A DNA stretch of 64,000 nucleotides from an uncultured Bacteroidota bacterium (GCA_902786595.1 CADADB010000002.1:158011-222010), one strand, 5' to 3'. Positions 10,792 through 20,350 are shown, numbered from the stretch's first letter. The notes: a model not told the origin generated them from the letters alone. Program-made: numbers and translations.

Positions 10792-11247
10792 TCACTTTTC
10801 CGTTTGTTTGTTTCTTTTGAAATTAAAGAAACGAGCTTTTCTTTTATAGACAAAAATGCTGTTCAATACATAATTCAACAAGCCGACTGGCACAGCCATG
10901 ATGGTGAGGTTTAGGTAATTGTTATGGCTGCCAAGATGTTCCAGCAGGGCGATTCCACCGATATTGAGAAGGTAAGTGAATGTTGTGACGGCAAGGAAGC
11001 GGAGAATCAGTTTGTTGTCCTTGTTCTTGAACACCAAGATGCCATAAGTCTTGAAATTGAAGAGGATGCTGACAATAGTGGCGATGAAGTTGGAAACGAT
11101 GTAGGCGTGGTTGAGTTTGAGGAGGTGTTCGAAGATAAAGAGAAAGACATAGTTGACGAACAAGCCAAAGGCCGTGTTCAGCATGGCTACCAGCACAAAC
11201 CGGATGAACTGGGGTTCAAAATACCGTTTCAAAAATGTCTTTATCAC
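10792..11247 (-). CDS. GtrA-family membrane protein
   Basis: 151 aa with four TM segments. N-terminus FIRFVLVAMLNTAFG is typical of GtrA. Confidence 0.75.
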   Translation of the reverse strand: MIKTFLKRYFEPQFIRFVLVAMLNTAFGLFVNYVFLFIFEHLLKLNHAYIVSNFIATIVSILFNFKTYGILVFKNKDNKLILRFLAVTTFTYLLNIGGIALLEHLGSHNNYLNLTIMAVPVGLLNYVLNSIFVYKRKARFFNFKRNKQTEK

Positions 11248-11265
11248 GTATTAACTTTAAGACGG

Positions 11266-11273
11266 CAAAAATA
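11266..11273 (-). promoter_or_regulatory. -7 box TATTTTTG (minus strand)
   Basis: CAAAAATA on the plus strand, 18 nt upstream of the gtrA-like ATG. Confidence 0.5.
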
Positions 11274-11309
11274 AAAAATAATACCATACGGCGGATATAG
11301 AAAAAAGAG

Positions 11310-11317
11310 TATATTTG
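11310..11317 (+). promoter_or_regulatory. -7 box TATATTTG
   Basis: 19 nt upstream of the ATG at 11337. Confidence 0.55.
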
Positions 11318-11336
11318 CACCCCAAAATTTATTGCG

Positions 11337-11891
11337 ATGGAAGAGAGGCAATTGCGTAGCCAATTTAAGATTAGAATCTCTGGCATTGAACTCGGAAAGC
11401 ATTGTTTTTCAATAAATTGTGATAAAGAGTTCTTTGACTTGGCAGGGATAGAACAGTTGATGGATGGCCATTTGGTTTTGCGGATTGAGATGGAAAAATC
11501 TGAGAAAATGGTCGATTTCCATTTCCACTTTGAAGGTGATGTCGTGGCCGAATGCGACCGCTGCCTCGCCCCGGTAACCCTGCCGATGAACTTTGATGAA
11601 AGACTGCTCGTGAAGCTGGTGTCCGAAAACTATCATTCCGAAGAGGAACAGGAAGACGATATCTGGATGATGGATGAGAACACCTACGAGATAGACCTCT
11701 TTCATTTTGTGTATGAGTCCATAGTGCTGGCGTTGCCCATCCGCATCGTACATGAGGATGATGCGGACGGAAAGCCGACATGCGATCCCGAGGTGATGCG
11801 CCGCTTAAATGAGATGAATGCCGAAAGTGTTGATAATGAACAAGAAACGGATCCCCGATGGGATGCGCTCAAAAATATAAAACTGGATTAA
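11337..11891 (+). CDS. yceD: YceD/DUF177 family protein
   Basis: 184 aa with a CDRC motif. Sits in the conserved position immediately upstream of rpmF. Confidence 0.8.
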   Translation: MEERQLRSQFKIRISGIELGKHCFSINCDKEFFDLAGIEQLMDGHLVLRIEMEKSEKMVDFHFHFEGDVVAECDRCLAPVTLPMNFDERLLVKLVSENYHSEEEQEDDIWMMDENTYEIDLFHFVYESIVLALPIRIVHEDDADGKPTCDPEVMRRLNEMNAESVDNEQETDPRWDALKNIKLD

Positions 11892-11914
11892 TAACAATAA
11901 AAAATTAAATAGAT

Positions 11915-12103
11915 ATGCCACATCCGAAAAGAAGACACTCTGCTATCAGAAGAGATAAGAGAAGAGCCAACGATTTCATCACCGCTCCCAACCTGACCAC
12001 GTGCAGCCACTGCGGTGCCCCTATCCTTCCTCACCACATTTGTCCTGAATGCGGTTACTACAGAGGAAAACAAGCCATCGAAATCGGTAACACGGCTGAA
12101 TAA
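11915..12103 (+). CDS. rpmF: 50S ribosomal protein L32
   Basis: MPHPKRRHS... with a CxxC...CPxC zinc ribbon. Confidence 0.95.
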   Translation: MPHPKRRHSAIRRDKRRANDFITAPNLTTCSHCGAPILPHHICPECGYYRGKQAIEIGNTAE

Positions 12104-12125
12104 CATCCCTTGAGATGTTATTTTG
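12101..12125 (+). terminator. Terminator hairpin 1 after rpmF
   Basis: TAACATC-ccttga-GATGTTA followed by TTTT. Confidence 0.65.
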
Positions 12126-12135
12126 AAAAACAATG

Positions 12136-12164
12136 GATGACATGAGTAATCATGTCATCTTTTT
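12136..12164 (+). terminator. Terminator hairpin 2 after rpmF
   Basis: GATGACATGA-gtaa-TCATGTCATC followed by TTTTT. Confidence 0.75.
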
Positions 12165-12178
12165 GAGTTTTTATTGCT

Positions 12179-12763
12179 ATGGAAATCATTTTTGCCACGC
12201 ATAATAAACATAAAGCGGAGGAAGTGCGCGCTATCCTCGGCCCGAATTATCACATCAAAAGTCTTCCTGAAATCGGTTGCCCTGACATTCCTGAAACCTC
12301 GGACACCTTGAAAGGCAATGCATTGCAGAAAGCGCAGTATGTGGTTGAACATTACCATTGTAATTGCTTCGCCGATGACACCGGACTGGAAATTGAAGCC
12401 CTTGACGGGCGTCCTGGCGTTTTTTCCGCCCGCTACGCTGGCGAAGGGTGCTCTTATCAGGACAATGTGCTGAAAGTGCTGGAAGAGATGCAGGGCATAA
12501 CCAACCGAAGGGCCTGTTTCAAAACCGTGATTGCGCTTATTTTGGACGGCAAGCAATACTTTTTCGAAGGAAAGGTGGACGGTGAGATCCTGACTGAACA
12601 GCGCGGAGCGGATGGCTTCGGGTACGACCCGATTTTCCGTCCTGCCGGCTTTAGACAAACCTTTGCCGAAATGGGTGCATTGTCTAAAAACACCATCAGC
12701 CATCGCGGCCGCGCCATGCAGCAGCTGAAGGAGTTCTTGAAGGATTACCAAAGCGAACAGTAG
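12179..12763 (+). CDS. rdgB: Non-canonical purine NTP pyrophosphatase (RdgB/HAM1)
   Basis: FATHNKHK, FADDTGLEI, GFGYDPIF and SHR motifs. Confidence 0.92.
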   Translation: MEIIFATHNKHKAEEVRAILGPNYHIKSLPEIGCPDIPETSDTLKGNALQKAQYVVEHYHCNCFADDTGLEIEALDGRPGVFSARYAGEGCSYQDNVLKVLEEMQGITNRRACFKTVIALILDGKQYFFEGKVDGEILTEQRGADGFGYDPIFRPAGFRQTFAEMGALSKNTISHRGRAMQQLKEFLKDYQSEQ

Positions 12764-12793
12764 GTGCGATTTACGGTTTGCGATGTGTAATAT

Positions 12794-12833
12794 CAATAGC
12801 CAAAAGCCAAAAGCTAATAGCCAACAGCCAAAA
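12794..12833. repeat. Period-7 array (AGCCAAA/AGCTAAT)
   Basis: caatagccaaaagccaaaagctaatagccaacagccaaaa. Confidence 0.8.
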
Positions 12834-12836
12834 ATA

Positions 12837-13352
12837 TTATTTTCGTGTGGAGTCCATATTATCCCCGCACGCTTCCTTCTCCTGATCCCGCGTCTCTTTC
12901 CACTCCAGCACGTGTGACATCACGGGCGAGAGATGTTTGTAGGCAATAGACGCCTCTTTTACCTCATGCTTGATGAAAATCTCTTTTTTATCGACGGTGT
13001 CGATGAAATAGAACAGCACGCCCGCCACCAAAACCACTTTCAGGATGCCGAAAAGAATGCCGAGCACCTTGTCGAGGAACTCGGACAACACGGGCTTGAG
13101 TACCCGTTTCAGAATCCGTCCCAATAGGTTGACTAACACGATGGTGAGTATGAAACATAACGAGAAGGAGATGGGTTTCGCCAAGGTGGTGCCGGTAATC
13201 CACAACGCAATCAAATCGGAAAATTTATAAGAGATAAACAGCCCTAAAAACAAGGCGGCTAAGGAGACAATCTCCATTAGGAATCCGTTTTTGAATCCCC
13301 TGAAGGCGTACCAGCAGAGGGGGATTAATACGATGATGTCGATCCAGTTCAT
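12837..13352 (-). CDS. cvpA: CvpA-family membrane protein
   Basis: N-terminus MNWIDIIVLIPLCWYAFRGFKNGF and four TM segments. Confidence 0.85.
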   Translation of the reverse strand: MNWIDIIVLIPLCWYAFRGFKNGFLMEIVSLAALFLGLFISYKFSDLIALWITGTTLAKPISFSLCFILTIVLVNLLGRILKRVLKPVLSEFLDKVLGILFGILKVVLVAGVLFYFIDTVDKKEIFIKHEVKEASIAYKHLSPVMSHVLEWKETRDQEKEACGDNMDSTRK

Positions 13353-13355
13353 TTT

Positions 13356-13430
13356 GGTAATGGTTATGGGTTATGGGTTATGGGTTATTGAGGGTTATTG
13401 GTTATGGGTTATTGGTTAGGAGGTTAAGGT
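13356..13430. repeat. Period-7 array (GGTTATG), G3-tract rich
   Basis: ggtaatggttatgggttatgggttatgggttattgagggttattggttatgggttattggttaggaggttaagg. Abuts the cvpA ATG. Confidence 0.9.
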
Positions 13431-13476
13431 TTTTTAGATGTTTAATTTGGCGGCAAAAGTACATAAATTACCATTG

Positions 13477-13502
13477 TCGAGACGCAAAATTTTGCGTCTC
13501 GA
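13477..13502. repeat. Palindromic element, A-subtype with variant outer arm (H2)
   Basis: TCGAGACGCAAAATTTTGCGTCTCGA, a perfect 26-nt palindrome. Confidence 0.85.
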
Positions 13503-13523
13503 TGGAAATTCCGCTTTTTTTTT

Positions 13524-13531
13524 TATTTTTG
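13524..13531 (+). promoter_or_regulatory. -7 box TATTTTTG
   Basis: 23 nt upstream of the ATG at 13555. Confidence 0.55.
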
Positions 13532-13554
13532 CCATCGTTATTATGATTACCGAT

Positions 13555-16500
13555 ATGAAAAAGACATTTACTTTCCTAACCATAATGCTACTGTTTGCGG
13601 CGGTTTCGGCGCAGACGGTGAGTGTGACGTTTACGGGGCGCGATATCAATGACTTGTATGTGCCGCTGCAACGGGTGGTTGTCAGTAACCTTACCAAAGG
13701 CTGGCAGGATACGTTGACTTGGCCCAATGATACGGTACTGACGATGACGGACGAGACCGGTGTCGGGGATGTAGAGACGTTTCCTGAAACATCTCTGCGG
13801 TTGTCGCAAAACACCCCCAACCCATTTGACGGCACCACGTTTGCGAACCTGCAGGTGGCAGAACTGGGAGACGTGGTAGTAGAGATCACCGATATCACCG
13901 GACGCATTGTAGGGGTGAATCATTATTCTCCCCTACAGCCAGGCATCCACGGAATCCGTATCACCCTCACTTCGGCAGGCATCTATTTCCTGACAGCGAG
14001 GCAAAACGGGATGACCTCTTCGGTGAAGATGGTGAATCGAACTAACGGTGGCAATAACTCCATTGCCATCAACCCTTCAGTTCTACAACTCAAAAGCAGT
14101 CACAGAGATGGTACAGACAATCCTTTTGAGGCAGGTGACCAAATGGAATATGTGGGCTTTGCCACCCTTGATGGCATGGAGGTCGAAAGCGAGCATATCG
14201 TACAGGTGCAGGAAGTCTCAGAGCTGATTACACTTTCTTTTTCTTCCTCAATGGAAGTCACGGATGCTCAACCCTGCCCTGCCACGCCAACCGTGACGGA
14301 TCACGAGGGCAATGTCTATCAGACGGTTATGATTGGCAATCAGTGTTGGATGCGGGAAAATATGCGTTGTGTGACCTCTCCGAGTACGGGTACCTACCTT
14401 GTGGATACAACCTATAATAGCACCTACACAGGCAAGATGGCAAAAAGATATAGGCATTATGATTCTATAACCGTGGACAGCAGTTTTGGTTTGTTGTACA
14501 ATTGGAATGCCATGATGGACACGTTCAACATAGCATATGGGGAGACCAGTGTGGACGACAGTGCCGACCATGCTTTTTCTGTGAATTACAACGGTTACAG
14601 ACGTGGCATTTGTCCGGCAGGTTGGCATCTCCCTACGGAAGACGAGTGGTGGCAGTTACTGTCTTATGTGATGTCACAACCGGATTACTGGTGTGACAGC
14701 TATTTTGATGATCACATTGCCAAGGCGCTTGCTTCCACAACCTCATGGAGTTATTTCTCTGATGAATGTTCACCAGGACACAACCTGAGCACAAACAATG
14801 CTACGGGGTTCAGTGCAATGCCTGCGGGTACTTTTACGAACAACACTTTCCCTACAGTGTTCCCCACATTTTGCTCTGCCTATTTCTGGACGGCCACACA
14901 ACATTCCAAAAGGAGTGCAAAGTCGCATTTCTTTCCATTCTGTAGTTCGACTGTTGATTGGGTATACAGCAACAAGTGTGATTGTTATTCAGTACGTTGC
15001 ATCCGAGGTGACGACACTTTTTCTGTCATAACGCCGCCCACGGTCACCACCGATTCTGTGATGGTGACACATACCTTGATAACCACGGTTACTTGTGGCG
15101 GTGATGTGGTATCGGATGGCGGTGCGCCGATTCTCACGCGGGGTGTATGCTGGAGTACCTCACCGAACCCTACGGTTGAGGATCCACATACCTTCAATGG
15201 CGATAGCCTTGGTTCGTTCACAAGCAACCTCATAGCTCTTCAGGCCAATACCACCTACTATGTGCGAGCATACGCCACCAATGAAGAAGGGATAGCATAC
15301 GGAAATGAGGTGGTGTTTTCCATGCTACCTACCGATTCCGTTCCCATAGCTGCACCTTGTCCCGGCATTCCTACAGTGACAGATATAGAAGGCAATGTGT
15401 ACAACACGGTTCAGATTGGCGCCCAGTGCTGGATGCGGGAAAATATGAGGGTGACTTATTTTTCGAATGGGTCGGCTGTTTCTCCTAACGGCTATTTTGA
15501 TTACAGTAGTTCAAATATTCCGTTTGTGGAACGCGGTTATTTATACAATTGGAATACGGCCATGCATGGAGCCTCTGCCACCAATGCCAATCCTTCCTGC
15601 GTGCAAGGCGTCTGTCCTATCGGTTGGCACGTGCCGAGTATTGCGGAGTGGACACAGCTCAGGAATTATGTGAGCAGCCAGAATCTGTTCGTTTGTGGAG
15701 ATTACTCGTGGTCTGTTGCCAAGGCATTATCTTCTACGACCGGATGGAATTATTTTTCAGAACTCTGTACTGTTGGCAACAGCCAAAGTACGAATAATGC
15801 TACGGGGTTCAGTGCTGTTCCTGCCGGTTGGTGGAAAGCAGCGTTTGGGCATTTTGACGATCAGGGGATGCATGCCTTTTTTTGCTCTACTACGAAATAT
15901 TATGGTAGTGTATTGAGTTGTCAACTATTTAACTACAGAAATGATGTGTTTTTTTATGATGGCTGCGATGTAGCCGATGGCCTCTCTGTTCGTTGCCTCC
16001 GCGATTCGCTCGGAGGAAGCGGCCATACGGTCTTCCTTCCCACGGTCACTACCGATTCGGTAAGCAATATAACGGATACGTCTGCCACTTGTGGCGGTGT
16101 GGTCACAACGGACGGCGGTGACACGATTATAGCTCGAGGGGTGTGTTGGGGAACATCATCGAACCCGACCATAGCGGGAGCTCATACTTCTGACAGTACG
16201 GGTTTGGGGACGTTCACGAGCAGCATTACAGGGCTCAACGCCGGTACCACGTACTATGTCCGGGCATACGTTACAAATAGTATAGGCACTTCCTATGGAA
16301 TGACGATGGCGTTCACCACAGCGCCTCTTACCCCGAATAACCAGCCTTGTCCCGATGCCCCTGTGGTGTTTGATTTTGAAGGTAATTCCTACAATACCAT
16401 ACAAATTGGTAACCAATGTTGGATGCGGGAAAACTTACGTTCCACGTACTATTCGGATGGTGAACCTATCCCTGCCGGGAACAGCAATATGAGCAGTACC

Positions 16501-17007
16501 AATCCTTACTATTATGACAATGGGATTTCAACACCATTGGAGGATCGAGGCTATCTGTATAACTGGCCTGCTGTGATGTACGGTGCATTATCAACGGAAG
16601 CTAACCCGTCCGGGGTGCAGGGAATCTGTCCCGACGGGTGGCACTTGCCAAGCAATGCAGAGTGGACACAGTTGATCAACTACTTAGGTACAGTCTCCGA
16701 TTATTGTTGTGGAGGCAATAGCAATTATATCGCTAAGGCAATGGCCTCACAGAGCGGTTGGCAGTCTACCTTTGATTACTGTACCCCTGGCAACAACCAA
16801 CTCGTGAACAATCTTTCAGGTTTTAGCGCTGTTCCTGTAAGTAATTACCTTGGAACACCAGGCTTTAACGCCGTCTTCTGGAGTTTTTCAGCAGGATCAA
16901 CCAGCTACTATGCCAAGGATTTTCAAATATACTGTTCTGCATCGAATGTGATTCAGGGTTCGTGTCCTACAGATTGGGGACTGTCTGTCCGCTGCCTCCG
17001 CGACTAA
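13555..17007 (+). CDS. Secreted multidomain protein with an N-terminal T9SS-CTD-like module and three FISUMP (Fibrobacter succinogenes major paralogous) domains
   Basis: Signal peptide MKKTFTFLTIMLLFAAVSAQ at the ATG 13555; the tracked ORF begins at 13438. Three repeats of CP..PTV.D.EGN.Y.T..IG.QCWM.EN...GYLYNW..A...CP.GWH.PS..EW..L...ATGFSA.PAG...SVRC.RD. Two Ig-like spacer domains. Confidence 0.85.
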   Translation: MKKTFTFLTIMLLFAAVSAQTVSVTFTGRDINDLYVPLQRVVVSNLTKGWQDTLTWPNDTVLTMTDETGVGDVETFPETSLRLSQNTPNPFDGTTFANLQVAELGDVVVEITDITGRIVGVNHYSPLQPGIHGIRITLTSAGIYFLTARQNGMTSSVKMVNRTNGGNNSIAINPSVLQLKSSHRDGTDNPFEAGDQMEYVGFATLDGMEVESEHIVQVQEVSELITLSFSSSMEVTDAQPCPATPTVTDHEGNVYQTVMIGNQCWMRENMRCVTSPSTGTYLVDTTYNSTYTGKMAKRYRHYDSITVDSSFGLLYNWNAMMDTFNIAYGETSVDDSADHAFSVNYNGYRRGICPAGWHLPTEDEWWQLLSYVMSQPDYWCDSYFDDHIAKALASTTSWSYFSDECSPGHNLSTNNATGFSAMPAGTFTNNTFPTVFPTFCSAYFWTATQHSKRSAKSHFFPFCSSTVDWVYSNKCDCYSVRCIRGDDTFSVITPPTVTTDSVMVTHTLITTVTCGGDVVSDGGAPILTRGVCWSTSPNPTVEDPHTFNGDSLGSFTSNLIALQANTTYYVRAYATNEEGIAYGNEVVFSMLPTDSVPIAAPCPGIPTVTDIEGNVYNTVQIGAQCWMRENMRVTYFSNGSAVSPNGYFDYSSSNIPFVERGYLYNWNTAMHGASATNANPSCVQGVCPIGWHVPSIAEWTQLRNYVSSQNLFVCGDYSWSVAKALSSTTGWNYFSELCTVGNSQSTNNATGFSAVPAGWWKAAFGHFDDQGMHAFFCSTTKYYGSVLSCQLFNYRNDVFFYDGCDVADGLSVRCLRDSLGGSGHTVFLPTVTTDSVSNITDTSATCGGVVTTDGGDTIIARGVCWGTSSNPTIAGAHTSDSTGLGTFTSSITGLNAGTTYYVRAYVTNSIGTSYGMTMAFTTAPLTPNNQPCPDAPVVFDFEGNSYNTIQIGNQCWMRENLRSTYYSDGEPIPAGNSNMSSTNPYYYDNGISTPLEDRGYLYNWPAVMYGALSTEANPSGVQGICPDGWHLPSNAEWTQLINYLGTVSDYCCGGNSNYIAKAMASQSGWQSTFDYCTPGNNQLVNNLSGFSAVPVSNYLGTPGFNAVFWSFSAGSTSYYAKDFQIYCSASNVIQGSCPTDWGLSVRCLRD
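13771..13798. repeat. Decayed GTAGAGACG element inside a CDS (H3)
   Basis: GTAGAGACGTTTCCTGAAACATCTCTGC, read in frame as VETFPETSL. Confidence 0.8.
13909..13936. repeat. GTAGGGG-type palindrome inside a CDS
   Basis: GTAGGGGTGAATCATTATTCTCCCCTAC, 12 of 14 positions paired. Read in frame as VGVNHYSPL. Confidence 0.8.
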
Positions 17008-17020
17008 ACCAAGCCAAGCA

Positions 17021-17773
17021 TCACAACGTTTTCCGCAACCGCTGCGTCAGCGGCTGCGCGTAGATGAAGTCGTTCAGCGTTTGGTTGTCGGAGGTAAGGA
17101 TGTTGTCGCTGCTGCCGCGCCAGGCGAGGTGCCCCTGATAGATGAACGAGATAGTCTCGCCGATGGTGATGATGGAGTTGAGGTCGTGGGTGTTGACGAC
17201 TGTCGTGGTGTTGAACTCATGGGTGATCTTGGTGATGAGCTCGTCAATGAGCAGGGAGGTTTTGGGGTCGAGACCGGAGTTGGGCTCGTCAAAGAAGAGG
17301 TATTTGGGGTTGCAGGCCAACGCACGGGCGATGGCGGCGCGTTTCTTCATGCCGCCACTTAATTCCGCCGGATAGAGTTTGTTTACCCCTTCCAAATCCA
17401 CGCATTCCAAGCAGAAGTTGGCGCGGTCGAGTTTTTCGCTCTCGCTCTGTTCGGTGAACATGTCCAACGGGAAGGTGACGTTTTCCTCAATAGTCATGGA
17501 GTCGAAAAGGGCTGAACCCTGGAACACCATCCCCATCTCTTTGCGGAGCAGCAGTTTGTCCTTTTCCGGCAAATTATGGAACTCTCGGCCGCTGTAGAGC
17601 ACATTGCCCTCCTCGGGCGTGTGCAGACCCACCAAGCACTTCATCAGCACCGTCTTGCCCGACCCGGACCGCCCGATGATGAGGTTCACCTTGCCCTCCT
17701 CGAACTGCGTGTCGATGCCGAAAAGCACCTGCTTCTCGCCGAAATATTTGGAAACGTGGTTGACTTCGATCAT
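17021..17773 (-). CDS. mlaF: ABC transporter ATP-binding protein (MlaF-like)
   Basis: Walker A GRSGSGKT, signature LSGGMKKR, Walker B LFFDEP. Confidence 0.88.
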   Translation of the reverse strand: MIEVNHVSKYFGEKQVLFGIDTQFEEGKVNLIIGRSGSGKTVLMKCLVGLHTPEEGNVLYSGREFHNLPEKDKLLLRKEMGMVFQGSALFDSMTIEENVTFPLDMFTEQSESEKLDRANFCLECVDLEGVNKLYPAELSGGMKKRAAIARALACNPKYLFFDEPNSGLDPKTSLLIDELITKITHEFNTTTVVNTHDLNSIITIGETISFIYQGHLAWRGSSDNILTSDNQTLNDFIYAQPLTQRLRKTL

Positions 17774-17778
17774 AGAAA

Positions 17779-17825
17779 GGTTATAGGTTATGAGTTATAG
17801 GTTATTGAATGGTTATTGGTTATAA
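17779..17825. repeat. Period-7 array (GGTTATA/GGTTATT) at the mlaE-mlaF junction
   Basis: ggttataggttatgagttataggttattgaatggttattggttata. Confidence 0.85.
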
Positions 17826-18563
17826 CATAATATCCGTAATCACCACATTCAACACCAAGATGATGAAACTCGACACCACAATCCCTTGCGTGCTGGCCTT
17901 GCCGAGTTCCAAGGCGCCGCCTTCGATGCGGTAGCCGTAGAAGGAGGCGACGGTGGACATGATGAAGGCGAAAATGCAGGTTTTTGTCAGCGCATAGACC
18001 ACGTCATAGACGCGAAAACAGTAAGTAAGGCCGTCCATAAAGTCGTATGTGGAGATACAGTTGGTAAGCCAAACGGTCAGGAATCCGCCAAAAAGGGCGA
18101 ATGCAATGCTGAACACACAGAGGATTGGATTCACGATGATGGAAGCCGTTACCTTCGGCAACACTAAGTGCGATGCCGGATTGATGCCCATAACTTCCAA
18201 AGCATCAATTTGTTCCGTAACCCGCATACTGCCGATTTCCGCCGTGATGCGGGAGCCGAGGTTGCCCACCAACAGCAGACTGATGATGGTCGGACAAAGT
18301 TCCATCACGATGGAGGTGCGGGCGACGAAACCCACTGTCCAAGAAGGAATCCAGCCGCTCTCGATCTGCAGGGCAGTCTGCAACGTGATGACGCTGCCCA
18401 TGGCCAACGACACGATGCAGACAATCAGCATGGAGCCGATGCCCATGGCGTCCATCTCAAACACCCATTTCTTCAGAAAAACGGACCATTTGGCCGGTTT
18501 GGAGAATACTTTGCGCAGAAAGATGAGATATTCGCCGATCGTGGAGAGCAGCTGACGTAGCAT
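17820..18563 (-). CDS. mlaE: ABC transporter permease (MlaE family)
   Basis: 247-aa polytopic protein with the typical MlaE layout. Its start abuts the aspS stop. Confidence 0.85.
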   Translation of the reverse strand: MLRQLLSTIGEYLIFLRKVFSKPAKWSVFLKKWVFEMDAMGIGSMLIVCIVSLAMGSVITLQTALQIESGWIPSWTVGFVARTSIVMELCPTIISLLLVGNLGSRITAEIGSMRVTEQIDALEVMGINPASHLVLPKVTASIIVNPILCVFSIAFALFGGFLTVWLTNCISTYDFMDGLTYCFRVYDVVYALTKTCIFAFIMSTVASFYGYRIEGGALELGKASTQGIVVSSFIILVLNVVITDIML

Positions 18564-20306
18564 TTATTTCAGTTTGATGTTCAATTCGTCCAACTGTTTC
18601 GGATCGATCGGGGTGGGGGCGGGCAGCATAGTGTCACGACCGGCGTTGTTCTTCGGGAACGCGATGAAGTCGCGGATGCTGTCGCAGTCGCTGAGCACAG
18701 CGCACAGTCGGTCGAAGCCGAAGGCGATGCCACCGTGAGGCGGAGCACCGTACTTGAAGGCGTTGATGAGGAATCCGAACTGGCTCTGCGCTTGCTCCTC
18801 GGTGAAGTTCAGGGCCTTGAACATGCGTTTCTGCAGTTCCGGACGGTGGATACGGATGGAACCGCCGCCGATTTCAGAACCGTTGATAACCAAGTCGTAA
18901 GCATTTGCCAGTACCTCGCCGGGACGGGTTTCGAGCCAGTCTTCGTGTTCGGGCTTCGGAGCGGTGAACGGGTGGTGCATAGCGTAGTAGCGTTGCGTCT
19001 CCTCGTCCCACTCCAACAGCGGGAAATCGATGACCCACATGGCCTTGTACTCGCCGGCCTTGCGCAGACCGAGACGGTTGCCCATCTCGAGACGCAGCTC
19101 GCACATCTGCTTACGCGTCTTCATCGCCTTGCCGGAGAGGATGAGGATGAGGTCGCCGGCGTGCGCCTCGCAACGTTCGGCCACCACCTTCAGATCGTCC
19201 TGCGTGTAGAATTTATCCACGGAGGATTTGTACGTACCATCCTGATTGCAAAGGATATAGACGAGACCAGCGGCACCCACGCGCGGGCTCTTCACGAACT
19301 CGGTGAGGTTGTCGAGTTGCTTGCGGGAGTAGTTGCCGCAACCCTCGGCCTTGATGCCTACGATGAGTTCGGCCTCGTTGAAGACCTTGAAATCCTTATG
19401 TTGCAGCACGTCGTTGAGTTCCACAAAGCGCATCCCGAAGCGGGCATCGGGCTTGTCGGAACCGTAGTATTTCATCGCATCGTTCCAGGTCATGCGGTCC
19501 AGTTTGCCGATTTCCATTCCCTTGAAAGTACGGAAGATATGTTGCACGAGACCTTCGAACAGGTTGAGGATGTCCTCCTGCTCGATGAACGACATCTCGC
19601 AATCGACTTGGGTGAACTCTGGCTGACGGTCGGCGCGGAGGTCTTCGTCACGGAAGCAGCGCACGATTTGGAAGTAGCGGTCCATACCGGCCATCATCAG
19701 CAGCTGTTTCAGCGTCTGCGGAGACTGCGGCAGGGCGTAGAACTCGCCGGGGTTCATGCGGGAGGGCACGAGGAAGTCGCGGGCGCCTTCGGGGGTGCTG
19801 TTCACGAGGAACGGCGTCTCGATTTCGAGGAATCCTTGTCCGCTCAGGTATTTGCGGATCTCCAGACCCAGTTTGTGACGGAAGATGAGGTTGTTCTTCA
19901 CGGGGTTGCGACGGATGTCGAGGTAGCGGTAGCGCATGCGCAGCTCGTCGCCGCCATCGGACTCGTCCTCAATGGTGAACGGCGGCACTTCGGCGGCGTT
20001 GAGCACGTTCAGCTCATGCACCTCGATTTCGATGTCGCCGGTGGGGATGTTCTTGTTCTTGCTGTAACGTTCAATCACCATGCCCGTTACCTGGATCACC
20101 CATTCGCGACCCAACTGTTCGGCGCGCTCGCACAGTGCGGGGCGCTCCTCATGGTTGAAGGCCAGCTGCGTGATGCCATAACGGTCGCGCAAGTCAATGA
20201 AAATCATGCCGCCCAGATGACGGATCTTCTGAATCCAACCGCTCAAAGTCACGGTTTGCTGAATATTCTCAAGCGTCAGCTCGCCACAGGTATGTGTTCT
20301 ATACAT
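18564..20306 (-). CDS. aspS: Aspartate--tRNA ligase
   Basis: 580 aa with [29 protein letters not shown] and GGGSIR class II motifs. Confidence 0.98.
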   Translation of the reverse strand: MYRTHTCGELTLENIQQTVTLSGWIQKIRHLGGMIFIDLRDRYGITQLAFNHEERPALCERAEQLGREWVIQVTGMVIERYSKNKNIPTGDIEIEVHELNVLNAAEVPPFTIEDESDGGDELRMRYRYLDIRRNPVKNNLIFRHKLGLEIRKYLSGQGFLEIETPFLVNSTPEGARDFLVPSRMNPGEFYALPQSPQTLKQLLMMAGMDRYFQIVRCFRDEDLRADRQPEFTQVDCEMSFIEQEDILNLFEGLVQHIFRTFKGMEIGKLDRMTWNDAMKYYGSDKPDARFGMRFVELNDVLQHKDFKVFNEAELIVGIKAEGCGNYSRKQLDNLTEFVKSPRVGAAGLVYILCNQDGTYKSSVDKFYTQDDLKVVAERCEAHAGDLILILSGKAMKTRKQMCELRLEMGNRLGLRKAGEYKAMWVIDFPLLEWDEETQRYYAMHHPFTAPKPEHEDWLETRPGEVLANAYDLVINGSEIGGGSIRIHRPELQKRMFKALNFTEEQAQSQFGFLINAFKYGAPPHGGIAFGFDRLCAVLSDCDSIRDFIAFPKNNAGRDTMLPAPTPIDPKQLDELNIKLK

Positions 20307-20342
20307 ATTCTGAGAGATTTTATTCCAAATAATTCAAACTTG

Positions 20343-20350
20343 CAAAAGTA
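20343..20350 (-). promoter_or_regulatory. -7 box TACTTTTG (minus strand)
   Basis: CAAAAGTA on the plus strand, 36 nt upstream of the aspS ATG. Confidence 0.55.

Noticed and set aside
13799-13908. Possible homology of the spacer between the two in-CDS palindromes in the FISUMP gene and in the sigma tail (shared TTGACGG heptamer)
   Set aside because: A single 7-mer match between two ~110-nt segments is expected by chance. The spacings also differ (138 versus about 126 nt). This is insufficient to claim a composite mobile element.
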